Of a stretch of 32,900 nucleotides of DNA, positions 9,707-20,033 are shown piece after piece (the first letter of the stretch is position 1; each line of letters begins with the position of its first letter). The translations under genes and the position numbers were made by a program. Under the pieces are notes generated by a model, which was not told the DNA's origin, did not search any database, and saw nothing but the letters and a program-made list of their open reading frames with translations. The stretch is from Chloroflexota bacterium (GTDB lineage: Bacteria; Chloroflexota; Anaerolineae; Thermoflexales; Thermoflexaceae): the NCBI GenBank assembly GCA_030550075.1, contig JAUQQB010000001.1, positions 1-32,900 on the forward strand, read 5' to 3'.

Positions 9707-12555
9707 TTCCTCTCCGCGTTCTCCATCCACTGGCGCACCATTTCTATTGTAGGGACCTTGATTTCGCGAAGCGGGACGCCGTTATGGGTATAACCCAGCT
9801 CCTCCATCTTGCGCGCCATCTCGCGATTGATGGTCAGGATGGCGCTATCAATCGCCACACGCGGGTTCACGCCGTCGAAGACGATGCGGTTCCAGGCGTT
9901 GCTCAACTCCCGCTCCTGCATATACGTGCCCGGCAATCGGACCGGCTGCCGCATCCATCCCCACTGCTTCAGGATGACGTCCTTGTGCTCCTCCGGGATG
10001 GGCAGGGCGCGGAAGGCCTCCACATTGGCGGTGTACCAGAGGTATTCCGGCCCGTAGTTCATGATGAGTTGACGGCTGAATTCCGTCTGCGTCTCGGTGG
10101 ACATCCACCACTTCAGGAATTCCCACGATTCCTGCGGTTTTTCAGTATCCGCCAAGATGACGCAGGTCTGGGCTGAGCCGGTGGCATAGCGATACTGCCG
10201 CCCGTCGGGCAGGACGGTGGCCGGATAGAGAGCGAGCCCCCACAGGCCTTCTATCTCTGGGGCGGCGATGCGCAACTTGATGTAGGTCTCCGCATTGGAG
10301 ATGCCCACCGGCAGATCCCCGTTGCGGAAACTGTCGTAGAAACTGACGGCCGTGAGCGGCATCCCGTAGACGGTGAACTGCTCGGCCATAAACTGGAGGC
10401 CCCGGATGGCCTCCTCGCTGCCCAGTCCGGTGCGCAGGCCGTCCGGCGTGTAGAGCTCGCCGCTGAAATTCCAGATATACGGCGCGGTGACCAGATAGCC
10501 CTTCAGGCCACTGCCGGCGGAGAGCGGGGTGTAGTAGTTCATGCCGTAGCGCTGGAGTTCAGGCAGAATCGCGATGACCTCGTCCCACGTCTGGGGGACC
10601 GGGAGCCCCAACCGCTCCAAAATGTCCCGCCGGTAGAAGGTCACCCAGAAGTCCTGCGTCTCCGGGATGGCGTAGACCGAGTCATTGATGATGTATTCCA
10701 GAAGCGCCCCGGGCGAGTAGATGCGGATGAAGGAATCGAAGTCCTCAAAGGAGCGCAGGTCATAGAGGGCGCCGCGCAGGGCCAGTTCAAAGGGGATGTT
10801 GGTGCTGATGCCCAGCGCCACGTCGGGCGCGATGCCCGCCGCAATCGCCAGGGCCAGTTTGGACTCGTTGGGCATTAGCGAAAACTTGACCCGGATGCCC
10901 GTCCGGGGGGTGAACGTCTGGTCCGCCAGCTGCTGCATCAGGTCCACATACTGGCGCGGGCGGTTGACCCAGACCTCTATCTCATCCCTGGCCGCGCCGA
11001 TGGAGAGATAGGGGGTTTGCTGGAAGGAGTGGATGAGCCGCTTGATATTCTCGATGAACGCCTGTCCGATGGGAATCCGGGGCTGGGGCGGCGTAACATC
11101 CGGCGAATGCACATAGATTTTGTCCAGCGTGAGGGGCTGCTGCCGCAGGGCCGAGAGGACGCTTCCCAGCAACTGGGCCGCCGACTGGGGCCCTTCGGAG
11201 AGGCGGTTCATCCGCACCGGGATCTTGTTCGGGTCCGCCTCCAACAGTCGGATGTTCTCCAGCGCCATCTGGTAGTTCATAATTTCCTGCGAGTTCATCC
11301 CGTTGTTGATGGCCTGCAGGGCGGCCTTGTCGGCAGCGAGCTTGTCGGCGATGGTCGCCAGCCGTTCCTCAATATCCGGGATGTACGCAGCAATTTCCCA
11401 CTCCCGGTACCGATCCACCTGGTTGCCCGTCAGCCGCCGGATCTCCAGCGCCAGGTCGTTGATGATGCGGATGGACTCGCGGATGTTCGCGATGGCGGTG
11501 TCGTAGGGAGAGGTGGTGACCTCCAGGCCGATGACGTTCCGACCGGCTTGCAGGTGGACGCGATAGGGCAGGGTGACGTTCCGCCACCCGGCAGAATAGG
11601 CGAAGGGCACTGCGTGGAATTCGTCAAAGGGGACGACGCCGTTGATGGTGATGCGCCGGAAGACGGTGAAGTTGGGGCGGGTGTCCTGCAGGACGCGCAG
11701 GGTCAGCAGGTACATGCCGTCCTGGGGCACCTCCACTTCGTAATACAGCGCGCTCCCGCTCTGTTTCCACGAATCCCCGCCGATGGTGTTGAGGATCAGA
11801 CGGTAGGTGTCGTAGGGGGTTACGTCCAGACCGCGATTGTAGAGAGGACGGATGGAGGCATCATTCTTAAAGGAAGGCCATTCGGCCTCCACCTCCACCT
11901 GCACGCCCGATGTGTCCGGGGCCGGTGTCTGGGCCAGGTATTGGCTGTATGAGGGCTCCGGCGAAAAGGGACGAAAGTAGATGCTTCCCAGCAGGAGCGT
12001 CTCGCGGGCAAGCACGAACTCAACGGCGTGCTCGCCCCGCGTCAGGTGGATGGTCAGGGGGTATTTCCGGCTGAAGTTCACGTCCCGCAGCGAGACCTCG
12101 GTCCAGCGCGCCAGGCGCACCGGCGGGGCGGGAATCTGATGCCCGTAGCGGTTCAGGGGGAACTCGTCGGTCGCGCTGCGGTAGTAGAGGGGGAAGAGGA
12201 TGCGACGGGCATCTTCCACCGGAAGGGCACCATCCACGAACAGCTGGCCTTCCGGCGGGAGGAACAGGACCTCCTCCGGCGCGGCGGCGTCAAAGGAGAC
12301 GGTGTAATCGCCCTCGGTTTCGATCCGGATAGAGAAGCGGACCCGGTCGCCCTTCTCCAGGCGGACGCAGGGCTTCCCATACTGTCGAGCGAGGGGATCA
12401 TCGGCCAGGGGCAGGCCGAACGCATCGGCGCGGACCTCGAGGGCCTGCCCTCCCGACCCGGGGAGAGGAGCGGCGAACAGGGACCTCGGCGGCGGACTGG
12501 CCAGGCCGCCGATGACCAGAAGAAGCAGCAGAAAGCAAGGGACCCTGCCCTTCAC
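9703..12555 (-). CDS. Large (950 aa) extracellular solute-binding protein with N-terminal beta-sandwich/CBM-like and helical domains
   Basis: The C-terminal ~430 aa look like a sugar SBP ([59 protein letters not shown]). The N-terminus has beta-rich repeats (VEVEAE; [12 protein letters not shown]; [12 protein letters not shown]). Sec-type signal with no clear lipobox. Confidence 0.85.
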
Positions 12556-12587
12556 GGCACGCTGACCCTCAGGAAGAGCAGTGGGTT

Positions 12588-12645
12588 TGGCGGCGGGCGG
12601 CGCTTCAGGCGAGCCTCCGCATGGGCCCTGCGCCGCCCGCCGCCA
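12588..12645. promoter_or_regulatory. Intercistronic stem-loop (probable mRNA 3' stabiliser or attenuator)
   Basis: Perfect 16-bp inverted repeat TGGCGGCGGGCGGCGC (12588-12603) / GCGCCGCCCGCCGCCA (12630-12645). No U-tract on the transcribed minus strand. Confidence 0.75.
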
Positions 12646-12678
12646 GTTCGTTCATCTACCGGAGGATGAGGGGGCGCC

Positions 12679-14109
12679 CTACGGCTTCAGCTCGGCCCGC
12701 GCCTCATCCAGCAACCGATTGGCGAACTCCTCCAGCCGGGCGGCGTAGTCCTCGTATTTGTACTTGCCCGAGCAGGCGAAGTTGAACATGTACCACATAT
12801 TCACATCCTTGTCTGTGCCGATGTCAATCCCGGGCTTGCCTTCCCAGCGGGCGGCCACGTAGCCGGGCACGATCTTCGCCAGCGACTCCAGCAGGCTTTT
12901 ATCCAGGTTCTCAAACGCCGCGCGCAGGCCCGGCTTCTCGCCAACGAAGGAGAGGTACAAATTAATGGTGTCGGCGTCCACATAGACCGGCATGCGGGTC
13001 GGCACCTGCTTGGCCGCTCGGGCGATCTCGGCCTCCGCGAGATACCCTTCGCGCGAGTAGGTCATCCACTTGGCGAACTTAAAGGCCTCCTCCAGGTTGG
13101 CCGAGGTCTTGGAGACGACGATGATGTCGGCCACCAGCGCCTGGTTGCCGCCGGGGATGCCCAGGAAATCCCAGTTGAAGGTCGCCTGCTGGGCGAAGGC
13201 GGGGACCATCCAGCCGCCGTCCCAGCGGACGCCGGACTCCTGGTTCAGGAACAGTTCCCACGGGCCCTGGGACTTGAAGTTGGGCTTCTGCTTGTCGGTC
13301 AGGCCCTGCCAGGTGTGCGGCAGCACCTCGCAGGCCTTCGCGACAGCGGCCTTGAAGGCGTCGGAGTTGTAGTGCATATGCTGGCCGTCGAAACTGAACC
13401 ACTTCAGCTTGGGGTCCTGGGTGCTGGGGTACCAGCCCAGGATGAACTCCATCTCGTCCAGGCCCAGGCGGCCCTTTTTGACATCGGTCAGCGCGGTGAC
13501 GGCAGCGAAGAAGTCATCCGCGGAGACGCCGTAGGTCGGCGCATCCAGGTTGTTGGCCTCAAAGAGGTCGATGTTGACGAAGTAGCCCATGACGAACTGT
13601 GCCGCCGGAAGGCCCAGCACCTTGCCGTTATAGGTGACGGCGTCCCGCAGGACCTGGGGCACCTGCTGCCAGTCGGGGTCGTTGCTGACGAAGGGGGTCA
13701 GGTCGGCCAGCCAGCCGTTCTTGACGTAGAGCGGGGTTTTATCGGCCATGAAGACATCCGGCAACTGACCCTTTGCCGCCAGCGCCGTCAGTTTGTCGTC
13801 CCAGGAGCCTTCGCCCGACATGTCCACAATCTCAATGGTGACATGGGGGTTCAGTTCCATATACTTCTTGACCAGCTGACGCTGGACGTTGTTTTCCTCT
13901 GCGGTGCCCAGGTTCCAGTTCGCGTAGCGGAGCGTCACGGGCGCTGGGGTGGGGGTGGGAGTGGGAGCTGGTGTCGGTGCGACCGTTGGGGTCGGAGGCG
14001 TCGTGGGCTGGGGAGACGGGGTGGGCGTAGCCGCGGGCGCGCATCCGGCCAAGACGACCGCAAGCGTGGCGATGACCGCCAAGAGACGAGACCCTTTCAG
14101 CGCTGTCAT
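12679..14109 (-). CDS. Carbohydrate ABC transporter solute-binding lipoprotein
   Basis: Start re-placed at ATG 14109 (GGAGGAGGAGAGG RBS). Lipobox LAGC, Pro/Thr linker, [34 protein letters not shown]. Confidence 0.92.
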   Translation of the reverse strand: MTALKGSRLLAVIATLAVVLAGCAPAATPTPSPQPTTPPTPTVAPTPAPTPTPTPAPVTLRYANWNLGTAEENNVQRQLVKKYMELNPHVTIEIVDMSGEGSWDDKLTALAAKGQLPDVFMADKTPLYVKNGWLADLTPFVSNDPDWQQVPQVLRDAVTYNGKVLGLPAAQFVMGYFVNIDLFEANNLDAPTYGVSADDFFAAVTALTDVKKGRLGLDEMEFILGWYPSTQDPKLKWFSFDGQHMHYNSDAFKAAVAKACEVLPHTWQGLTDKQKPNFKSQGPWELFLNQESGVRWDGGWMVPAFAQQATFNWDFLGIPGGNQALVADIIVVSKTSANLEEAFKFAKWMTYSREGYLAEAEIARAAKQVPTRMPVYVDADTINLYLSFVGEKPGLRAAFENLDKSLLESLAKIVPGYVAARWEGKPGIDIGTDKDVNMWYMFNFACSGKYKYEDYAARLEEFANRLLDEARAELKP

Positions 14110-14199
14110 TTTCCTCTCCTCCTCCTTCGTCTGGTGGGAATGGGTGATAGAAACTGGACGGATAGATGTCGGGGAAGCGATTGGGAATTTTCCGCAGGC

Positions 14200-14210
14200 C
14201 ACCTCCTTTC
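14200..14210 (-). promoter_or_regulatory. Orphan perfect Shine-Dalgarno (possible stabiliser SD)
   Basis: GAAAGGAGGTG about 90 nt upstream of the SBP start, with no ATG/GTG/TTG at normal spacing downstream. Confidence 0.4.
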
Positions 14211-14222
14211 TGGTAAAAGGGT

Positions 14223-16616
14223 TTATCTTGCGCCACGGCCCATCAGGACTTCCACCTGGTGAACCTGCCCGTCCTGCAGGGCCGGGATAAGCGGACGCTC
14301 CAGAGGCTTCCCGTCCAGCCAGACGGCACGCACCCCCCGATTCGCGAAATCCGGGTTACGGACCACGATATGGTAGACCGCGTTGCGGAATCTCCGCCGG
14401 ACGGTGAAACCCTCCCAATAGGCCGGAATGCAAGGGTCAATCAGCAGGCCCTCCTCCTGGGGGCGGATGCCCAGAATCCAGTGGGTCGCCACCCGATGCA
14501 GCCATTGGGCCGAACCGGTGTACCAGGTCCATCCACCGCGCCCGTAATACGCCGAGGCGGGACCGTCCACGTTTCCGGGGGTGACGTAGGGCTCGGCCTT
14601 GTAGACGTCAATATCCCGGCTGCGATTGGGCGGGCAGATGCGCCGGTAGACCTCGTAGGCCCGTTCGGGCTCGCCGATGAGGATGTAAGCCCAGATGGCC
14701 CAGGTGGCAGCGTGGGTGTAGATGCCGCCGTTTTCCCGCAGACCGGGCGCATAGCGGGTCACGTAGCCGATGTCGGGGCGGGGGCGGGTGAAGGCCGGGG
14801 AGTTCAGCAGGGGACCGTAGTCCGTGAGCAGGCGCTTCGTGACTGAATCCATTGCGATTCGAGCCCTCTCTTCATCCGCGGCGCCGCTGATGACGGCCCA
14901 GACGTTGGGCATCAGGAAGATTTTGCCCTCGTCGTTCTCCCTGGAGCCCACGGGGAGACCGTCGTCCGTGGTGGCCTGCTGGTACCATTCCCCGTCCCAG
15001 CCGTAGCGGTTGAGAGCGTCCTTCAGGCTGGCCCGCACATCCTCACACTTGCGGGCGAACCGTTCGTCCCCGCGCCGCCGCGCCAGCGGGATGAAGTTGC
15101 CCAGGATGTAGTAGAGGAACTCCGCCACCCAGAAACTCTCGCCCTTGAGCGCTGTGCCCACCGCGTTCAGGCCGTCGTTCCAGTCATGGTCGCCCATCAG
15201 GGGGACGCCGCGCGGGGAGAAGCGGGAGAAGGCGCGCTCGATGGCCCGTTTGCAGTGGTCGTAGAGGGGCTCCGCCGGGCCGTTCAGATACGGGACAGGC
15301 TCGTCCAGGATGGCGTAATCGGCAGTCTCTTTCAGGTAGGCATCCAGGACGAAGGGGAGCCAGAGCAGGTCATCGGAGCAGTTGGTGCGCGGCCCGCCTC
15401 CACGAATGGAGAACCACCAGTGGAGCACATCGCCCTCCACGAACTGCTGGGCCGCGTGCAGGAGCAACTGTCGGCGGGTGCACTCCGGCTCGCTGACCAG
15501 AAAGATGAGGCTGTCCTGCAACTGGTCGCGGAAGCCATAGCCGGCGGAGACCTGGTAGCAGGCGGACTTGCCCCACAGTCGGCAGGAAATGGCCTGATAC
15601 TTGAGCCAGTAGTTGGTCATCACGTTCAGCGCCGGGTCGGGCGTCTCCACATGCTCCGGCTCCACAAAGCGGGCCCAGAGGGCGTGCACCTCTTCCAGGG
15701 CCCGGGCGCTCCCTTCGGGAGAGGCGTAGCGGGCGATCAGTTCATACGGGTCTTCCCGGCCGTTCTCGGCGGCGCCCAGGGTGAAAACCACCGTTTTGCT
15801 TTCTCCGGGTTCCAGCTGGACCTCTACCTGCAGGGCGGCGACCGCGTCGCCGAACCGCCCGCTCCGCCCGGCCAGGCGCTCCTGCCGCATGGCCTGAGGG
15901 TGCTCCTCACACTCGTAGAGGCCGATGAACGACTCTTTGTCACAGTCAAACGATTTCAGCGACGCGCTGACCGCCATGAAGGCCGTGTAGGGCCAGTCTA
16001 TATTGTTATGGCGTCCCTTCTCGTCCGGGAAGCCCCAGAGGTACTTGCGGGCGAAGAGGGCGCTTCGGTCCGGATCGGCCCAGGTCTCTATGAACAGTTT
16101 GTGGAATTCCCGGTGCTCGTCGGGGGCGAAGCCCAACAGCCATTCGGCGTAGGAGGTGACATCCAGGGAGCGAGGGGTGATCCCGGTGTTGGTCAGGCGC
16201 AGTTCCCAGACCTCCACCGGGTCCCGCGCGGAGACGAAGACGGTCAGTTCGCTGCGGATGCCGTTGATGCTCTGGAGGAATCTGGAGTATCCCAGACCGT
16301 GCACTACCCGGTATTCGTCATACGGATGCATCACGGGCTTATACGTGGCCGACCAGTAGCGGCCGGTCTGGAGGTCGCGGATGTAGAAATACTTGCCCCA
16401 GTTGTCCTTGACCAGGTCCTGGAAAGCGCGCGTGATACGGTTCTGCCCGGCGTTGCCCCGCCAGCTGTAGCCGGAGCCGGTCTGGGAGACCATGAGGCTG
16501 TAGTCGCCGTTGCTGATGATGTTGCACCAGGGGCGCGGCGTCAGAGGGGTCGTGATGATGTACTCACGGCCATCTTGAGCAAAGTGGCCGTAGGGGTTGG
16601 AGAACTCCATCCACAT
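14223..16616 (-). CDS. GH94 glycoside phosphorylase
   Basis: N-terminal [20 protein letters not shown]; [10 protein letters not shown]; catalytic DWNDG; KGESFW; [11 protein letters not shown]; [23 protein letters not shown]. Confidence 0.93.
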   Translation of the reverse strand: MWMEFSNPYGHFAQDGREYIITTPLTPRPWCNIISNGDYSLMVSQTGSGYSWRGNAGQNRITRAFQDLVKDNWGKYFYIRDLQTGRYWSATYKPVMHPYDEYRVVHGLGYSRFLQSINGIRSELTVFVSARDPVEVWELRLTNTGITPRSLDVTSYAEWLLGFAPDEHREFHKLFIETWADPDRSALFARKYLWGFPDEKGRHNNIDWPYTAFMAVSASLKSFDCDKESFIGLYECEEHPQAMRQERLAGRSGRFGDAVAALQVEVQLEPGESKTVVFTLGAAENGREDPYELIARYASPEGSARALEEVHALWARFVEPEHVETPDPALNVMTNYWLKYQAISCRLWGKSACYQVSAGYGFRDQLQDSLIFLVSEPECTRRQLLLHAAQQFVEGDVLHWWFSIRGGGPRTNCSDDLLWLPFVLDAYLKETADYAILDEPVPYLNGPAEPLYDHCKRAIERAFSRFSPRGVPLMGDHDWNDGLNAVGTALKGESFWVAEFLYYILGNFIPLARRRGDERFARKCEDVRASLKDALNRYGWDGEWYQQATTDDGLPVGSRENDEGKIFLMPNVWAVISGAADEERARIAMDSVTKRLLTDYGPLLNSPAFTRPRPDIGYVTRYAPGLRENGGIYTHAATWAIWAYILIGEPERAYEVYRRICPPNRSRDIDVYKAEPYVTPGNVDGPASAYYGRGGWTWYTGSAQWLHRVATHWILGIRPQEEGLLIDPCIPAYWEGFTVRRRFRNAVYHIVVRNPDFANRGVRAVWLDGKPLERPLIPALQDGQVHQVEVLMGRGAR

Positions 16617-16640
16617 TCACCTCTCGGAGAATGGGACCCT

Positions 16641-16662
16641 ATAAGTAAAACGTTTTACTTAT
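16641..16662. promoter_or_regulatory. LacI-type operator
   Basis: Perfect 22-bp palindrome ATAAGTAAAACGTTTTACTTAT with central CG, overlapping the -10/+1 region. A LacI gene lies in the same operon. Confidence 0.85.
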
Positions 16663-16688
16663 TTTACCGCGGTATATGGATTTGTCAA
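16661..16688 (-). promoter_or_regulatory. Sigma70-type promoter of the glucan operon
   Basis: TTGACA (16688-16683), 16 nt, TAAAAT (16666-16661). Confidence 0.75.
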
Positions 16689-17236
16689 GAGCTTGTGACT
16701 CATGGTGCGGCTGTGCATCTGCATATGCCCGAGGCCCTGTTTACGAAGGGCTGGCTTTGGTCGGCTCGATCCGCCCCTTAGGGATAAGGGCGAAAGGTGC
16801 GCGACCGTGGCAGCCCCGATAATGAGACACTGGAACACTGCGGAAACGATGATCTCCCACCGCTTTGCGCACTTTGCCCCAACGCTGGAAGGTCTCTCCT
16901 GAGCCACAGGGGTGTTTTCGGAGGCGGCTATCCGCCTGTCCCTGGCCAAGCTGGAATGCTGGGGGCGCGGCTCCCGCATTGTAAAGGGTTGCCGCGAGGC
17001 CTGCCGGCATTCGTCAAGTGAGGCGGTAAGCAGCGCAGCGGTAGCGGTCGCAACTCTGAGCTCCGTCTAATTCGCCCGGCAATCCATTCGGCAGTCTTAG
17101 AAGCAGATGCAGACCATGCGAGGTCCCATCCTGATCCCAGTTAGGCATGCCCCTGCCCGAATCTCCCCGGGCAAGGAGGGAGTATTCGGAGCCTGAGCTC
17201 TCTCCGCTTTCATCACCGGGCACCAGGGGAAGCCCC

Positions 17237-18157
17237 TCATTCCTCTGGAAAGAAACAGGCCACCTCCCAATCTGGCCTCACAGGAATTCGGGGTGGTCGC
17301 TCTTTCCAGCACTGGGGTTGGGCCTTCCAGCAACGAGGGGCAAAGGGGCAGGCTGGTGAAACGCGGGGATTGGCCTCATCCCATGCGCTACGGTGTGGGA
17401 TTTTCGCTTCCATAGCACTCAGAAGGACGATCGTGTAGGGGTGGCGCGGGCGCGCTGCAATCTCCCTGGCCGGACCGCATTCCATTACCCGCCCGGCATA
17501 CAGCACCACCAGATCATCTGCAATGCGCCGGATCAGCGGGAGGTCATGGGTGACGAACACCATCGCCAACCCGCGCTCCCGTTGAAGTTCCATAAGCAGA
17601 TTGATGATCTGGGCTTGCATGGATACGTCCAGGTTCGAAGTGGGCTCATCACATAAAAGAAGCTCAGGCTCAAGAGCCAAGGCGCGGGCGATGGCGATCC
17701 GCTGAAGCCCACCACCGGAGTAACGCGTGGGGTAACTCCTCAGCGAAGCGTCCGGAAGCCCCACGCGATCCAACAGCCCGCGGATGCGCTCCCGGGCTGT
17801 GACATTCCAAAGACCGTGGGCGCGCAACGGCTCGCCGATGATCTCCTCGAGGGTTAAATGGGGATCCAGGGCATCATAGGGATCCTGAAAGATGAAGCCG
17901 ATGCGCCGTCGGATGGCCTTCATCTCCTTCGATCGGTAGCTATAGGGTCGACCCATGAACCGAATCCGTCCGGCCGAGGGACGCTCCAATCCCAGAGCCA
18001 GGCGGATGCACGTGGTCTTTCCCGAGCCGGATTCCCCAACTAATCCCAGGATTTTCCCCTTTCGGACGGCGAAGCTCACATCCTCCAGGGCAATAAAACG
18101 ATCATAGCGCCGAGTCACATGCTCGAAATGGAGGATCGGCAATTCCAGACCGCTCAT
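17237..18157 (-). CDS. Dpp/Opp-type ABC ATPase (DppF-like)
   Basis: Start re-placed at ATG 18157 (ATGA overlap). GESGSGKT, FQDPY, SGGGLQR, LLLCDEPT, VTHD, C-terminal CPFAPRC. Confidence 0.9.
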   Translation of the reverse strand: MSGLELPILHFEHVTRRYDRFIALEDVSFAVRKGKILGLVGESGSGKTTCIRLALGLERPSAGRIRFMGRPYSYRSKEMKAIRRRIGFIFQDPYDALDPHLTLEEIIGEPLRAHGLWNVTARERIRGLLDRVGLPDASLRSYPTRYSGGGLQRIAIARALALEPELLLCDEPTSNLDVSMQAQIINLLMELQRERGLAMVFVTHDLPLIRRIADDLVVLYAGRVMECGPAREIAARPRHPYTIVLLSAMEAKIPHRSAWDEANPRVSPACPFAPRCWKAQPQCWKERPPRIPVRPDWEVACFFPEE

Positions 18158-19116
18158 CCCCAATCTCCCCGGGGGAAGTAGCAGGCCACCATATGTTCTC
18201 CACGCCAAAGCGGATCGGGGAATCGTTCCCGGCAAACCGGCTGGGCGTAAGGGCACCGCGGGTGGAAGGGGCAGCCGGGCAACATATGGCCGGCTGGAGG
18301 CGGATAGCCCTCGATGGCGTAGAGAGGCTTTCCCCACGCCCCAGCGAGGAGGTCCCGGTACGTTCGAACCAGGGCTTCCGTGTAAGGATGGGCGGGGGCC
18401 TCCAGGATCTCCCGACACGGTCCGACCTCCACCAGGCGGCCGGCGTAGAGCACGGCGACCCGGTGGGCGAGGGCCGCCACCACCCCCATGTCGTGGGTGA
18501 TCCAGAGCACGGACATCCCGATTTCGGCCTGCAGGCGGCGGACGAGGGCGAGGATCTCGCTCTGGGTGATCCGATCCAGGGCCGTGGTGGGCTCATCAGC
18601 AATCAGGAGAGGCGGATGGAGGGCCAGGGCCATCGCCAGGATCGCCCGCTGGCGCATGCCCCCCGAAAGCTGATGCGGATACAGCGAGGCGACCCGTTCC
18701 GGACGGGGGATCTGCACCCACGCCAGGGCCTCGACCGCGCGGGCCCAGGCCGCGGGGGCGGAGACCCCCAGGTGCGCCCGGAAGACCTCGGCCACCTGCG
18801 CCCCGACCGGGAGCACCGGGTTCAGGGCGGCCATCGCGTCCTGGGGGACCAGGCCGATCAGGCACCCGCGGAGCGATCGAACGGCATGGAAGGGTAGGGC
18901 GTAGAGATCATGCCCGTTGATCTCCACCCGCCCTCGGACGGTCGCCCCGGGAGGAAGCAAACGGGCGATGGTCATGGCCAGGGTGGTCTTGCCGCTCCCG
19001 GTCTCCCCGACCACGGCCAGGATCTCCCCCGCTCGCACTTCCAGGGAGACCCCCTCTAAGACCCGGGTCTGACGGTAGGCAACCGCCAAATCCCGCACCT
19101 GCACCAGAGCCCTCAT
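18154..19116 (-). CDS. Dpp/Opp-type ABC ATPase (DppD-like)
   Basis: GETGSGKT, YPHQLSGGMRQR, LIADEPTTALD, HPYT, GCPFHPRC. Confidence 0.93.
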   Translation of the reverse strand: MRALVQVRDLAVAYRQTRVLEGVSLEVRAGEILAVVGETGSGKTTLAMTIARLLPPGATVRGRVEINGHDLYALPFHAVRSLRGCLIGLVPQDAMAALNPVLPVGAQVAEVFRAHLGVSAPAAWARAVEALAWVQIPRPERVASLYPHQLSGGMRQRAILAMALALHPPLLIADEPTTALDRITQSEILALVRRLQAEIGMSVLWITHDMGVVAALAHRVAVLYAGRLVEVGPCREILEAPAHPYTEALVRTYRDLLAGAWGKPLYAIEGYPPPAGHMLPGCPFHPRCPYAQPVCRERFPDPLWRGEHMVACYFPRGDWG

Positions 19117-20033
19117 CCGATCCCCTCACGGGCACGAGGGTCCAGAAACATACGCAGCATGTCCACAACGCCATTCAAAAGGATCACCGCGGTGCCACCG
19201 ACCAGCACGGTCCCCATGACCACCGGGCGGTCCAGGGTTTGCATCGCCTGCACCGCCAGCAGACCGATCCCGGGCCAGCCGAAGATTGTCTCCACCACCA
19301 CCACGCCGGAGAGATAAGCGCTGAAGTCCATCCCCGCCATGGTCACGACCGCTGGGAGGACGTGGGGGAAGCAGTGCCGGACCAGGATCCAGCGGTTGGG
19401 CAAACCTTTCGCCACCGCCATCCGAACGTAGGAGCTCCCCAGGCTCTCCTCCAGCCGGTCCCGGATCACCCCGGCGTACCATGGAGTTCCCGCCAGCCCC
19501 AGGGTGAAGGCGGGGAGGATCAATTCCCGCAACCCGGCGCCTCCGGTGGTTGGAAACAGGCGGAGCCAGAAGCCCAGGGCCAGCAGGAGCGAGAGCCCGA
19601 TGACGAAGGTGGGCAGCGAGAGCAGGACCAGGTTCAGGCCGGACAGCCCTCGCCGCAGGCGAGGGGAGAGAGCCATCGCGACTCCGATGGGAAACCCCAG
19701 CAGGATCTCCGCCAGCACGCCCGCCAGGGCCAGGGCCGCCGTCGCCGGGAGCCGGCCGAGGATCAGACGGGCCACCGGCTGCCGGCGCACGTAAGACTCC
19801 CCCAGGTCCCCCTGGGCGATGCGGGTCAGATAGCGGCCGAGTTGTTCCCACCATGGCCGGTCCAGGCCCAGCTGGGCTCGGATCCGTTGGGCGACCTCTT
19901 CCGTAGGCGTGCGGGGTGCCAGCATCCGCACCGGATCCCCGGGGATCACGAATTGCACCAGGAAAGCCAGCACCACCAATCCCAGCAGGGTGACCAGACC
20001 CTGAAGGGCGCGGATCCCTATAAAGCGAGCCAT
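19113..20033 (-). CDS. Dpp/Opp-type ABC permease (DppB-like)
   Basis: PGDPV, LGLDRP, GDLGES, YVRMAVAKGL, VVVETIFGWPGIG. Confidence 0.92.
   Translation of the reverse strand: MARFIGIRALQGLVTLLGLVVLAFLVQFVIPGDPVRMLAPRTPTEEVAQRIRAQLGLDRPWWEQLGRYLTRIAQGDLGESYVRRQPVARLILGRLPATAALALAGVLAEILLGFPIGVAMALSPRLRRGLSGLNLVLLSLPTFVIGLSLLLALGFWLRLFPTTGGAGLRELILPAFTLGLAGTPWYAGVIRDRLEESLGSSYVRMAVAKGLPNRWILVRHCFPHVLPAVVTMAGMDFSAYLSGVVVVETIFGWPGIGLLAVQAMQTLDRPVVMGTVLVGGTAVILLNGVVDMLRMFLDPRAREGIG

Noticed and set aside
13940-14035. GGGGT/GGGAGT-type short repeats (also ~1410-1470 and ~22380-22490)
   Set aside because: Explained by Pro/Thr/Ser-rich lipoprotein linkers, not independent DNA repeats.
14110-14202. 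ORF-track start of the SBP at GTG 14202
   Set aside because: The GTG is inside the SD-like sequence; ATG 14109 has its own RBS and gives a normal lipoprotein signal.
14213-14226. GTAAAAGGGTTTAT as a second LacI operator
   Set aside because: 11/14 match but lacks the central CG and overlaps the GH94 stop codon; no promoter seen nearby.
17050-17180. TPP-riboswitch-like words (CTGAG, CTGATC)
   Set aside because: Spacing and flanking helices do not fit, and no thiamine-related gene lies downstream.
18158-18418. 87-aa N-terminal extension of the DppF-like ATPase
   Set aside because: Overlaps the DppD-like gene; the ATGA-coupled start at 18157 is more plausible.
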